A stretch of DNA of 64,000 nt from Girardia tigrina. Its lineage: Eukaryota. The position numbers and the translations under genes are program-made. Location of the stretch: contig MQRK01177746.1 in the NCBI GenBank assembly GCA_001938485.1, positions 1-64,000 on the forward strand. Reading direction: 5' to 3'. The notes under the pieces were generated by a model. That model had not been told where the DNA came from and did not search any database. It saw nothing but the letters and a program-made list of their open reading frames with translations. Within the stretch, counting starts at the first letter, position 1. The number at the start of each line of letters is the position of its first letter. Below are positions 49,860 through 63,287 of the stretch, piece after piece.

Positions 49860-52800
49860 ACATTAATGGTAATTTTTAAAATTACTGCACAATATTTTAA
49901 AATTAGTTATTTTCACCTCCGATTTAAAACCCTCCGACCCTGGTCACATCATTTACATTCAAATTTTAACTATCAATTGATGTTTAAATAGAAGATTTAA
50001 ATTTTTGTAACCTTCTGAATAAGGAACGATTAGCGTATAATTTGTTGAAAATATTTAATTATTTATTAGGCAAGATGTTTGCATAATCATCGATTTGCTA
50101 TATACAGGTATCCCTCCTATAACACGGTCGATAGGTTCCAAAAATATGACGTGTTATGTGAAACCGTGCTATAGGAGACCAGATGCTGGTACAAAATGTG
50201 GGGTTAAGTTCCAAAAAAANNATTTAAATGCCACGGAATGAACATTAATTCTATTAAAGATAAAAAATAAATAAAAATTCAATTAATTATTCAAAAAAAC
50301 AAATATAAACCCACGTAAATGCATAAAAAACAAACAAAAATAGGCTGAAATATCCGTGGAAAAATTCCATGAATTTTTATTTTTATTGTTTTTCATTATC
50401 GCTGCTCAATTCCATTAATTGCGAATGTTTTTTCAGCCGAGTACTATCATCTGTACCTTCTGAACTTACATTGCTATTTTTTTCGCCCGTTGATACCTTA
50501 AAAAAATCCGTAATTTTGCCTTGTTTCCTTGTCCGTTCAAGGTTGTTGTAAATTTCTTGATACNNNNNNNNNNNNNNNNNNNNNNNNNNNNNNNNNNNNN
50601 NNNNNNNNNNNNNNNNNNNNNNNNNNNNNNNNNNNNNNNNNNNNNNNNNNNNNNNNNNNNNNNNNNNNNNNNNNNNNTTTTTTAGTGTCAAAATATTAAC
50701 TTCATTATATTCATCAGAGCTAGAATCGATTTCATTTATTTGGGGTTCGGATGCCATTTCCACCAAATCTGCTTCTCCAATTTCTTGTTCTACTAATAAG
50801 TCTTGTATGTCTTTGATGGCCATATCCACAAAACCCTCTCCTCCGACCAACCTAGCGCATTCTAAAATGGCACCAATTTCTTTTTCCCCTGATTCGTGCG
50901 CGCTTCCTAGTACAACTGCTGCTGGCCATATCTNNNNNNNNNNNNNNNNNNNNNNNNNNNNNNNNNNNNNNNNNNNNNNNNNNGCTGCTGGCCATATCTT
51001 TTTCCAACATCGATTTAATGTTGTAATTTTCAGTTCTTTCAGCGATAAAGATATGATGTCGATGCAATCTTTAATTGAAAATTGCTTCCAGGCTAACTTT
51101 ACCTCAATAGATTTGGAATCAGTTACATCTAAAATCCATTGTAATGATCTTCTTATGTAATATGTCTTAAAGGTATAAATAATACCTTGATCTAAAGGCT
51201 GTAGCAATGAAGTGGTGTTAGGAGGAAGAAANNNNNNNNNNNNNNNNNNNNNNNNNNNNNNNNNNNNNNNNNNNNNNNNNNNNNNNNNNNNNNNNNNNNN
51301 NNNNNNNTAAAAGCGCCTTGAAATTTAAATTATTGCGCTTTAAATAAGATTCTACTTCCGGAACAAAACAATTTAAAAACCAATTTCGAAATAAATCAGC
51401 AGTTACCCAAGCCTTTGAATTTGCTTTCCAAAGCGTTTTTATTTATGCCTTTAAGTGCACGGGGATTCAAAGATCTATAAATTAACATGGGCTTTGCCAT
51501 ATAATCACCCGAGGCATTACTCCACAAAAGTAACGTTACACGATCTTTTGATACCTTGAATCCAGGTGCAGTTTTTTCATTTTTAGATATAAATGTTCTA
51601 TTGGGCATTTTTTTCAACCAAAGCCCGGTTTCATCGGCTTTGAAAACTTGTTTCGGTGTATGTCCCTGCTCTTCAATTATTTTTTTTAACTTTTCTGGAA
51701 ATGATCCTGCAGATTCATGATCTGCTGATGCAATTTCACCTTGAATTTTTATGTTGTGAAGTGCAAAACGCTTTTTAAACTTCTCAAGCCAACCTTTACT
51801 GGCTCTAAAATCTGGGTTCTTAAAAGATTCAGTGTTTTTTTTAAGGTGTTCATAAATTTTAAGAGCCTTTTGCCTAATTATATTACTGTCCAATGGAATC
51901 TTTTTCTGGCAGCTATCATCAATCCAAATGCTAAGTGCTTTCTCCATTTTTTCAATTATTGGCACACGTGGACGAGCTGAAAACTTCGCGGACTTCGAGA
52001 ATCCTGCAACAACAGCACTTCTAATTTCATTCTCGCTTTTCTTAATTGTGCGGACTGTTGCCTCATTTAAATTTAGGTTTTTTGCAATGTTGGATGCCTT
52101 TTCTCCCTTTAGCAGACGATCCAAAATTTGCATTTTTACTTCTAAGGAAATAAACCTTCTCTTCTGGACTGTTTTTATGTTTTCACCAGACATAGTTTAG
52201 GACGGAAAATTATTTTTCTAAAAATAGTCATACTTAATTTAAAAATTAGCTCCTTATTAATTACAACAAAAAGCTCAATATAATCGATTCGTTTTAAATT
52301 AAACTTCATTAATTATTTTTGGTTATTATTTCGCAATTCCACAAAATATTGCGTTTTCTATTTTACAGAATACAGTCTGCGCTCTTGTGATGGGCTCCAC
52401 AAAATGCTAAAATACATGTTATTACAAATATATATGTTACAAAAATAATTAATAAAATTCAAATATAAACACCTGCATAGAATTGTTAAATTTTTAATCC
52501 AGCTTGCATACCAAGATTTTTTTTGAAACAGCAAAGTTGAGTACATACAAAAAAAATTAAGACTTGTTTCTTGAAGTAATAAAAATATGTGCATTTTAAA
52601 TTGTATTTTATGACAATAATATAATTTTCTTAAACAAATAGTGTTGTAGAAGTCCGTTTTATAATAGGTTTCAGAAAAAAAAATCGTGTTAGAGTGAAAT
52701 CGTGTTGTAGGATACCGTGTTGTAGGAGGGATACCTGTATAAGACAGTGAAATTCTTGTTAATTCGGTCTGAAGATCGTGGAAAATCCACCAAAATATTG

Positions 52801-52993
52801 CGACAATAAAATTCGATTTTAATGGTGTTATACCCTAAAATTATCAAAGTAAGCTTAGGCAGAAACAAGAAAAAAATAAACAAATTACAGAAACTATAAG
52901 AAATAACAAATAAAATAAGCGTTAAATAATGTAATCAAACAAAAAAGCTAACTTAAAACGGACATAATTATTTAGCCTCAATTATTGATTAGA
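49860..52993. mobile_element. Second Penelope-like remnant (49860-50102 and 52740-52993), split by the Tigger insertion
   Basis: 49868-49935 matches 46900-46965; 50070-50102 plus 52740-52830 match the reverse complement of 46680-46790; 52865-52993 matches 47060-47184. Confidence 0.7.
50105..52737 (-). mobile_element. Tigger/pogo transposon, near full length (transposase 52193-50383, frameshifted, with N gaps)
   Basis: TA TSD; 23-bp TIRs caggtatccctccta(t/c)aacacgg; HTH domains, ASKGWLEKFKKR, ADETGL, KDRVTLL and PPNTTSLLQPLDQG. Confidence 0.95.
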
Positions 52994-55962
52994 AGGTTCA
53001 TGTACAATATATTTTTATGAAAGTTGCACCAGTGATTAACAAATATAAATTCCTACATAATCTTTGTTCATTTGAACCTCAATAATTTTTATTTCATCAA
53101 TTATGGAGCTAGGTTCGAGTTACGAATAATTAACACAGCCTTCGAATTAATTTTAATTTGAAATCAGTTGAATTTCATTGAATAATATTAGTGAACGAAG
53201 TAAATTTATAATTTACACCCAGCAAAAACATACAAATCACCAACAAATTGTGTGCACACATGACATTTAGTGACTGTATTGAATAAATCATACATACATT
53301 ATATGTAAATGTATATTTACATATAATATATACCATATTTATATTAATCTGAAAAAAAATAATTTAGTAAAAGTCGTTGAAGTTTTCTTAAGCTATGCTA
53401 TTGTTTTTGTTCATACATTAAAAGTAATCATTTCGTCTTTAGAAATTTCGGTTAAACAAACGGTTAAACGTTTAATTCTTTAAACGGCTTGTGTTTAAAC
53501 ATTTTACACTTGTTATTTAATTAAAAAGTTAATTCAATAAATATACAGACTTTTTAAAAATAGAAAAAAAACAACAACAGAACACTAAAAAAACTAACAA
53601 AAAATGGTCTATATTTTTATTACAGTGATAACAAACATGTATATATTTTATTGAAGAGCTATAATTCTATGAAAATAAGAAAGTTTGTCGATCTCATAAT
53701 AATATTCTGCTACTATGGCAGCTACGTTTTAGGATAAAATTGCTTATTGTTTCTGTTGTCCGGTTCCCTGTTATCGAAAAAAATTAGCCGAACCACATAA
53801 TTGTGAAACACCACGACGTTCTTCAGGATCCGCTCTGCCAGTCTCGGTCATCGTGTACCATTGTCATACCGCTGGGTCCGACGGGAACACGGGCGGACTG
53901 GGCGGGAACCGGGCTGACAGCAATCGCAGGTTTAGGACTCCGTGAGAATCTTCGTGGACTGACCGACAAGAATGTCCCGCAAGATTCGATCTAAGTTCGA
54001 AGAAGTGACTGTTCTTCTAAACAACAGTACTGAAAATGATTGAATTTCCTTTGCTAAGGCCACACTGTCACGAGCTCAAACCGTAAATCGGGATTTGAAT
54101 AGTTCTAGTTCCTGTAGGCTGATTTCTTTTCGGGATCTATCGAAATATGCTGCAGATCAACGATACAATCATTCAAAGTGAACAAAATTAAGATCGATAA
54201 AAGTAAATGTAAAAAAAAGTCGAACTGACAATTATTTAATTGAATTTTCACAAAAAAAAGTTATCCGACTGTAAAATCGTATTAATGAATTAAGAATAAA
54301 ATGTAACCACGATTAATTAAACATTTATTTAATAACGACAATTATTAAAACAAATGTATTTTTTTAGGATTTAATTAATATTTGAATTTTCATTAATTAA
54401 ATCTTTTCTCGACACTACAGCTTCTTCTTTCTTTAGGAGATGTAATCGCCTAGGTAGTTTGGTGGCTTGCGTTTTCGTTTTCCGTCTGTTCCGTTCTCCA
54501 TGATTTTTTCATAGTCCTTCCGGTGGTGTTCGGTCGTCCGATTGTCCACTTTTTCTTTCTCTGGTTCTGGCTTTTTCATGAGTCTTAGTTTTCCGGTGTT
54601 TATCGTAAATTTATTATCTGTTAGGAATGTGTGAGGTCCTATCTGCTTTTCCAATCTCCGGATAGGTCCTCCATGTGTTTGTACGATATCCCCGACTTTG
54701 AATTGGTTTGTAAATTGTGGCTTTCTCCTGTTATTTGCGTATTTTATTCGTTCTTGAATTTTCTTTTGTACAACTTTTTGAAGTTCTATTTTCTCCTCTG
54801 TCGGTTCATCTCTTCGTCTTATTTCTAAACGAGTATTAATTTTCCTTCCGAACATCAATTCTGCGGGTGTCTTTTCTGTAGTGCAATGCTTTGTTGCATG
54901 ATAGTTCAGTAAGTATTCTCGGATTCTCTTTTTAGCTTCTGAGAGGCCTTTTGGTACGCCTTCTGGTGTTAAAGCCTTCTTTACGTTTCTATTTATCCTT
55001 TCGACTGTTCCGTTAGCCTGTGGATTATAGATTGAAGATCTACGTTGTGTTATTCCACACTGCTATAGGAATCTTCTAAAATCGTCCGAGATAAATTGTG
55101 GTCCATTGTCAGTAGTCATGATCGTACAATAACCGAAACGGCTAAAGGTTTCTTCTAGGAATTCAATTATCGTTTCTGTAGATACTTCTGTTGTGATCTT
55201 GATTTCTGTAAATTTCGATTGATAATCAATTAAATTTAAAATATAATATTTTCGCTCGCTCATATCGTATTTCGGTCCTGCAATGTCCAAGGCTAAGTGA
55301 AACCAAGGTTCGATCGGCCATATTGATTCCTGTACCGGGCTTTCTCTTGGAATTGATCCGCAGCATACACACTTTGATATTGTTTCTTCTATATGCTTGT
55401 CCATCCCCGGCCACCAGTAGCTTGTTCTTAATCTGGTTTTAGTCTTTACCATTCCTTGGTGTCCTTCGTGAGCGATCTTCATTATTTTCTCTTGTAGACT
55501 TGTAGGTACAACAATTCTATCTCCTCGTAGTATGACTCCATTAGTTTTTGAAAATTCATATGGTTTCCTGAAGGCCATTCACAATTTATTGTTATCCGTT
55601 CCATCTGGATTGTCGAGGAACACTGCTAGTTTTGAGAGATCGTCATCTTTCTTCGTTTCTTCTTCTATTTCCTGAATGGTTATTGCATTCATATTAGTTA
55701 TGATAGCTACTTCGACGTTTTCTTCAAATCTCTCTTCGTACTCGTTTTTCCCAGATAACCTTGACAATCCATCTGCAACAACGTTGGTTTTTCCTTTGAT
55801 ATGTGAAACCGTGAAGTTATATGGTAAGAGCTTTGTAGCCCACCTTGAGATTCTGCATGGTGCCGTACCATCTCCATTAATGGCAGATAGTAGTTGTCGT
55901 AAGCTTTGGTGATCTGTTCTTACTTGAAATTTTCGTCCATAAAGGAATCTATGCAATCTCAT

Positions 55963-58900
55963 TGTTATGAGAACTCACAAAACATTTATTATATTCACAA
56001 TTTTTATCATCTTTATGATGATCAATATTATTGCTTTCACTAGAATCCTTCAATCAATTTTCAATATCTCCCATTATAATCTGAACTATACTTGATAAGA
56101 CTATTTTATTTAAAAATATTTAATTTAAATTTGATTTAAAAACCAAATATTCCTTATATCCTCCTCGATTTAAATGGCTTTAGCCATTCCACATTTCTGA
56201 TCAAAATTCTACCATCTTCTAGCTCCAATTCATAACTTCTTTCATATCTTCTGCTTTTTACTGTGGCAGGACCCATATATCGATCTTCTTCCTTTGCAGC
56301 ATTTTCTTTTTTTATCAACACTTTATCAACTGTATGAAATATTCGTTTGTCTCTATCGTATTTTCGCTCTTTTCTTTCTTATTACAACTCTGTTTCTTAG
56401 TATCTTTCCACCAATGTCTTAGCTTCCTACCAAATATCATTTCTGCTGGTGAGATTCCTGTGGTAGCTTGAATGGTAGCTTGAAATTCTACTTCTGCCAA
56501 TATTTCCGTCTAATCTTTGTAGGCTTGATCTTTTATCCTTATGTTCATAGCATCTCTAATAGTTCTAAATTGTCTTTCAATGATGCCATTGGTATTGTGA
56601 TGATAAGGACTGGAATAAATTATTTCTGCTTTAAATCTCTTCAGTGTGTCTTTGAAGAGTGTCGATTTGAATGCTTTACCTCTATCCACATGTATCTCTT
56701 TTGGTGGTCCGAATTTCCAAATCCATCTGTCCAGTAGTACCTTCCGAGCAGTTTTCTCATCTTGATGAATTACAGCATTTAGACTTATATACCTGCTAAA
56801 TTGATCAATTACAGCTAATATATATTGATATCCATTTAAAGTCCTTTTAAATGATCCGCAAAAATCCATATACAGCTTTTTAAATGGTTCATCAGCAAAT
56901 TGTTTAATAAAACTTTCTTTCGTTTTTTTGGTTAAAGTCTTTCTTTTTTGACAGTTTATGCAACATTTTACAATTTCCTTAATTATCTCTCTCATATTAA
57001 CCATATCAAAATCATCTTTCAAATAGTTATAAACCTTTTTACTACCAGCATGGCATTGAATCTTGTGAGCGTCTTCCACGAATTCTGTCCTTGTGGTTCT
57101 CGGAATCCAATATTTATTATCTATTGTTGTCACAATATTGTCTTTCAATATTCATTTCTTTGTTCTTCCCATTCTAATATCTTCTCTGATCTGATTTATT
57201 TCGTCATTATCTTTCTGCCATTTGAACTCTTTAGTTTCTTCGTCTAAAGCCAAGATTCGTGTTTTAATCTTTCCTTTCTTAGCTTCTTCGTGCATTGTTT
57301 GGCACTCACTACATAATTCACAAGAATTTCTCGACATTGCATCTGTATTTGAGTGTTTTTCTCCTTTTCGATATTCCATTCTCATATCCACACTACTAAG
57401 AAAATTTATCCATGTTTGAAATTGCGGTGTGATTGGGTTTTTCGTATTCAGCATGAAGGTAATAGCTTTATGATCAGTTCTTAGTAAAAATCTTTTACCG
57501 TATAAGAAGTGTTTAAAATTTTGCGTAAAATAATAAATTGCCATAACTCTTTTCTCGTAACACAATATCCAAGCTCGTGTTTGTTCATTTTATGTGATCC
57601 ATACGCGATCACTCTCTGTCTACCATACGTATCCTTCTGTGATAATACTGCCCCGATTGTATCGAAGCTTGCATCTGTATCCAGTATAAACTCCTTCTCA
57701 AAATCAGGATACCCCAGTATCGGGGTGTCAATCATTTTGTCTTTCAATTTTCGAAAAGCTTCCTCGCATTCTTCAGTCCATATTATTTTCTTGTCTTTAT
57801 TCTTACCACATAAACCCTCCAATACTTTTGAGTATTTTGCGTAATCTTTTAAAAATTTTCTGTAGTAATTTGTTAGACCCAAGAAACTTCTCAGATGTTT
57901 GATGCATGATGGGTTCTGAAATTTTTTAATGGCTTCAATCTTTGTTTGATCAGTTTCTATACCATTCTTACTGACAATATATCCTAAAAATGTTGTTCTT
58001 TCTGTTAAAAATTGACACTTTTCTGGGTTAATTCTTAAACCTGCTTCCTTTATTTTTTCCAGTACAATTTTTATTCGTTGCATATGCTCTTCTTTATTTT
58101 TTACAAAAACCAAAATATCGTCCAAATATACTACTGCCTCTTTCCAGTTTAAATCTCCTACGACTTTGACCATTAGCTCTTGGAAAGTTGCTGGGGCTGC
58201 TGCTATCCCGAACGGCATTCTTTTGAAACAATAATGTCCGTTCTTTGTTGAGAATGCTGTTTTAATCTTTGATTCTTCTTCCAACTCGACTTGGTAATAC
58301 GCGTTCCCAAGATCAATTGTACTAAAATATTGCGCACCATTCAGTGTGTTCAGCATGTCATCTACATTTGGAATAGGAAACACTGGCCTGACGGTAATTC
58401 TATTCAACTGGCGGAAGTCTACACAAACTCTTGTTTTTCCTTCTTCCATACGCATACTAACGGGAAATTCCATGGTGAGCTACACTTTTCGATTATGTCA
58501 TTTTCTTCGAAATTTTTAATAACATACTCCAATTTGTCCTCAAAGTGTTTTGGTTGCCGATAAGGTTTTACTAGTATTGGATCCCCGTGTATTTCTATTC
58601 TGTGTTTTGTCAATGATGTTTTCCCAATATCCCACTTATCAGCCATGAATACTGATTTATAATTTGCTAGAATCTTCATTAATTGCCCGTAAATTTGCTT
58701 GTCAAATATATACATTATTCTTCTTAGCCTGTCCTCATCTGATGGGTTGTCTCTAATCACCAATATTTTTCCACCTCGAGGTATCTGTCTTTTCAGTTTT
58801 ATTCTGAATTTATCCAAGAAATTTATACCTGCGATCATTTCGGGGTCTAGTTCTTTAACCACATAAAATTCTATTAACTTTTGTGTTCCCCCAATAGCCA

Positions 58901-60867
58901 CATTCAATTGAACAATTCCATAATTGATCAGTTCTGAATCATTTGCGCAATGGATACGTTTTTTCGTTTCTCTTATTTTAATATCTTTCATGCTTTTAAT
59001 TATCTCCGCTTTAATTACATTTACTCTTGCTCCACTGTCCAAAAGGCAATGAACTTTTTTATCTTTCACGTAAAAATCCACACATGGACTTCCTTTCAGT
59101 TCTTTATAATTTATCTTAAACTTTGATATCTTCAATATTTCCGTTTTACCATTTAGTTTCTTATCATCTGGAGTTGTCATACTATTACACTGTTCTCGAT
59201 TTACAATATCTTCGCATTCAAGTTCGCACATCTCTTGAGGAATATTTCCATCCGTAACATCAAACATACAATCACACACACATTCATACATACAATCAAA
59301 CATACATTTACATTGGGTTTCTAATGAATCACACTGATCACCTCTCCTTGTGATCGTGCGTCCTCGTTTCCCTGTTCGTCTCCGGATCTTCTTTTACCTC
59401 TAGAATAATTTCTTGTTGTATTCTCTTCTCTTCTATCAGACATTTCCGATCTCCTGTCCATTTCATCATCTCTGTCGTCTAACTCCGCCAAGTGTTGTTT
59501 CTTATTCATATATGCCGGACGTTCTCTATATCTCTGATTAGAATAATCTCTCCTGTCATTCCCACGATTTCTATTATTGTCCCATTTCCGTTGGTCACGT
59601 TCTTTAAACCTATTTGGGTTTTCATAACATTGTGTTCGNNNNNNNNNNNNNNNNNNNNNNNNNNNNNNNNNNNNNNNNNNNNNNNNNNNNNNNNNNNNNN
59701 NNNNNNNNNNNNNNNNNNNNNNNNNNNNNNNNNNNNNNNNNNNNNNNNNNNNNNNNNNNNNNNNNNNNNNNNNNNNNNNNNNNNNNNNNNNNNNNNNNNN
59801 NNNNNNNNNNNNNNNNNNNNNNNNNNNNNNNNNNNNNNNNNNNNNNNNNNNNNNNNNNNNNNNNNNNNNNNNNNNNNNNNNNNNNNNNNNNNNNNNNNNN
59901 NNNNNNNNNNNNNNNNNNNNNNNNNNNNNNNNNNNNNNNNNNNNNNNNNNNNNNNNNNNNNNNNNNNNNNNNNNNNNNNNNNNNNNNNNNNNNNNNNNNN
60001 NNNNNNNNNNNNNNNNNNNNNNNNNNNNNNNNNNNNNNNNNNNNNNNNNNNNNNNNNNNNNNNNNNNNNNNNNNNNNNNNNNNNNNNNNNNNNNNNNNNN
60101 NNNNNNNNNNNNNNNNNNNNNNNNNNNNNNNNNNNNNNNNNNNNNNNNNNNNNNNNNNNNNNNNNNNNNNNNNNNNNNNNNNNNNNNNNNNNNNNNNNNN
60201 NNNNNNNNNNNNNNNNNNNNNNNNNNNNNNNNNNNNNNNNNNNNNNNNNNNNNNNNNNNNNNNNNNNNNNNNNNNNNNNNNNNNNNNNNNNNNNNNNNNN
60301 NNNNNNNNNNNNNNNNNNNNNNNNNNNNNNNNNNNNNNNNNNNNNNNNNNNNNNNNNNNNNNNNNNNNNNNNNNNNNNNNNNNNNNNNNNNNNNNNNNNN
60401 NNNNNNNNNNNNNNCACACATTTGACAGAACATTTATTACATTCACAATTTTTATCATCTTTATGATGATCAATATTATTGCTTTCACTAGAATCCATCA
60501 ATCAATTTTCAATATCTCCTATTATAATCTGAATTATACTTGATAAGACTATTTTATTTAAAAATATTTAATTTAAATTTGATTGACTAAAATAAAATAT
60601 TTTTTATAGTCATTCTTAAACATTAATTTGATTTTAATTATTTAAAAATTTACAAAAATAAAATCATTAAAATTATTTAAAAGTTTCAATAATAAAAACT
60701 AAAAATTTGAAAATTAAATCTAAATTTAAATAAATTAGTTTCAGATTATAAAAAAAATAAATATTGATAATCCATCTGGTTAGGAGAGACACAATCCCAA
60801 ATCAACATACAACATTTGAACATGCAAAAACTAAACAAAAACATCCACACACCAAATATTCCTCACA
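55963..60867 (-). mobile_element. Gypsy LTR retrotransposon A, full length, nested in the RNase H region of element B
   Basis: Perfect TSD CTCAT. 5' LTR about 60400-60867; 3' LTR 55963-56158 (internally deleted). Protease LLDSGA, RT YLDD, RNase H DAS, integrase; several frameshifts. Confidence 0.95.
59335..59372 (-). other. Candidate -1 ribosomal frameshift signal at the gag-pol junction
   Basis: G_GGA_AAC heptamer in the gag frame, 5-nt spacer, then hairpin cgcac-gatcac/gtgatc-a-gtgtg. The -1 frame is open into pol. Confidence 0.75.
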
Positions 60868-61880
60868 CTCATGATGCTCCAGATGACGCTGAGTGCTTCT
60901 TTTTCTGATGCTGAGTATTTTCGTTCTGAATCATGAATAGTTCTGCTGATAAAGTAGATTGGTTTTTCAATCCCTTCTTGGATTTTGCTTAATACTGCTC
61001 CAAACCCGTTGTCTGAGGCATCTGTTGTCAGTATAGTTTCGGTTTTCATATCTGTCGAGTAGAATGCTTGTGGTACTGCCTCTGAGATTGCTTGTTTCAA
61101 CTTCTGAAATATTGCTTCCATATTTTCTGTCCACTGGAACGTTATTTCTGTTCTCGTCAAATTGTACAGTTTGTGTGATAATTCCGCGAATCCTGGAATG
61201 TTTGATCTATAGTATCCGGCCATTCCTAGAAATGATCTGAGTTGTTGTTTAGTCTTTGGAGTTTCGAAATCAATAATAGCTTTCAACGCTTCTGGCACTG
61301 GGTGTACTCCTGTTTTATTAATTAATTTTCCCAAAAAGACTATTTCTTCTTTGCAGCATAACGATTTCTCTTCATTAATTGTCACTCTATTCGATTTCAG
61401 CCGAAGTAATGTTTCATTCAGTCGTTGATCATGCTCCTCCATATTTTTCCCGTACACTAATATATCATCTAGATAACAGACAATGTCTTCACAGTGTCTG
61501 AGGATGTTCGTCATTACCCTCATGAATGCTGCTGGGGCATTTGCTAGATTAAATGGAAGTCGCTTGTATCTGAATAAACATATGTGCGTAATAAAAGCTG
61601 TTAAATCTCTGTCTTCTTTTCTGATGGGTAGTTGATGGTATGCTGAATTGAGATCCACTTTTGAGAATATTTGAGCTCCGTACAGCTTTTTGTGAATTTC
61701 TTCTTGAGTGGGTATTGGAAACTGATCGATTTTGATGTATTGGTTAATCTTCCTGTAATCGACTCACAGTCGAATTCCATTCTTCTTGTTTGCTATTACT
61801 ATTGGTGATACAAATGCTGATGACTCAATTGGCTCGATGACATCTTGTGCAATCAGTTTTCTTATCTCTTCAGCGACAGG

Positions 61881-63287
61881 TGATGGTGCAAGAGTGGGCG
61901 CAGCTATTTTGTGGCTGCAGCGCGTCGGCAACGAGGAGCAAGCATCCGGTCGGGGAAGTACATTTAAAATGTTACTCTTACAATTTACAACCCTGGAATG
62001 GCCGTCCTGAAAGGCGCTTGACTTCAATGATCGTATCCCCCGCATCGCATCTTAAAACTGTTGTTTCATTAATTCGTTCGCCGTGGCCTTTTTCAATTTC
62101 AACAGAAAATCATCAAAGCGCAGTCGCGCCTCGCATATTTCAGGATTGTCAACGCTGGCCTCGATAGAGTCTTTATTCAAAGTGAAGATCTGTTTGACGG
62201 CGTTTTGTCGCTTCGTTGTCGCCATTAACTTCCTGTTGTCTTCGATTTTCGATGGAAAATTAATGGAACTCATAGAGCCTTCAATCGATGCGACTTTCGT
62301 CTAGGTATTCTTTTTCAAATATACATGTCGATAGCACACGGAGCAGTAATATTGCCAAGACGGATTACCATAGAAACCGCAATTGTTTTTACACATTAAA
62401 TCTTTATCGTCGAATTTCAATGTCGAACGTTTGCTGGACATGATTGATAGGTATATCAGATGGATTACGTGATTTTTGGAAGTTTATTGATTTATATAAT
62501 CTATTTCGAAAATTCAAATATGCACAATTTCATTGAATAACATTTTTATTTTTAAAAAATTCTCTTCTTACAATTTACAATTTTTTCCGAATAAACAAAA
62601 ACGTATTTAGATAATTTTCAATAATAAATACAATCTAACAAAAAAATTCGATATTTTTGTACATTTCCAAAAAAACAATTTCAAATAAAAAAAACAAACT
62701 CAATTAAATTCAAAATCATTTACAAAAAAATTCTAACTCGTGGTCAAATAGATAAAAATCTCACAAAATTGTGTCAAGAAAACTCTCAATTAACAAAAAA
62801 ACCAAATTGCGATAAATTCACTTTCGAAACAAATTTAAAACAATTCGTCAAAAAAAACAAAATTCAGTCGTTCGATAACAACATTTTTCAATTTTAATCG
62901 ATCATAAGTTCGAAAATCAATCATTCAAAAAATATCAGTAAAAACGGTAAACTTAGAAAGTTTCAGCAATTAACAAAATGAATCCACAATTCAATGAATT
63001 GAAATTCAACAAAACTTGATTTTATTGGATTTTTATGACTTTCAAAACTATCCGAATTGTTTTGGAGTTTAGGATAAATTAAATGGTTTTTTGATTTCTG
63101 AATGGTGTTTGTCTGGCGTAAGAAGTGTTTTATGATTTTCTTTGGATTTTATTCCTTGAAACGTGTTTTCAGAGTCTGAATTTCCGGTTACATAAATCGA
63201 TAAAGTTTTCGCACTTCTATCTGACATATTCGATCCACAAAACTATTTCTTTTCCTTTTAATTCAAATGAAAGCCCATCGCGAAACA
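61881..63287. mobile_element. Solo LTR (1407 bp) nested in the pol gene of element B
   Basis: TG...CA termini; perfect 5-bp TSD ACAGG; removal restores RRFPFNLEAPV-AEEIRKL. Confidence 0.9.

Noticed and set aside
59321-60543. Several long ORFs (288-370 aa) in the ORF track
   Set aside because: They are artefacts of translation through an N gap; only the gag C-terminal part (59321-59638) is real. The same applies to the ORFs at 2767, 43573 and 46365.
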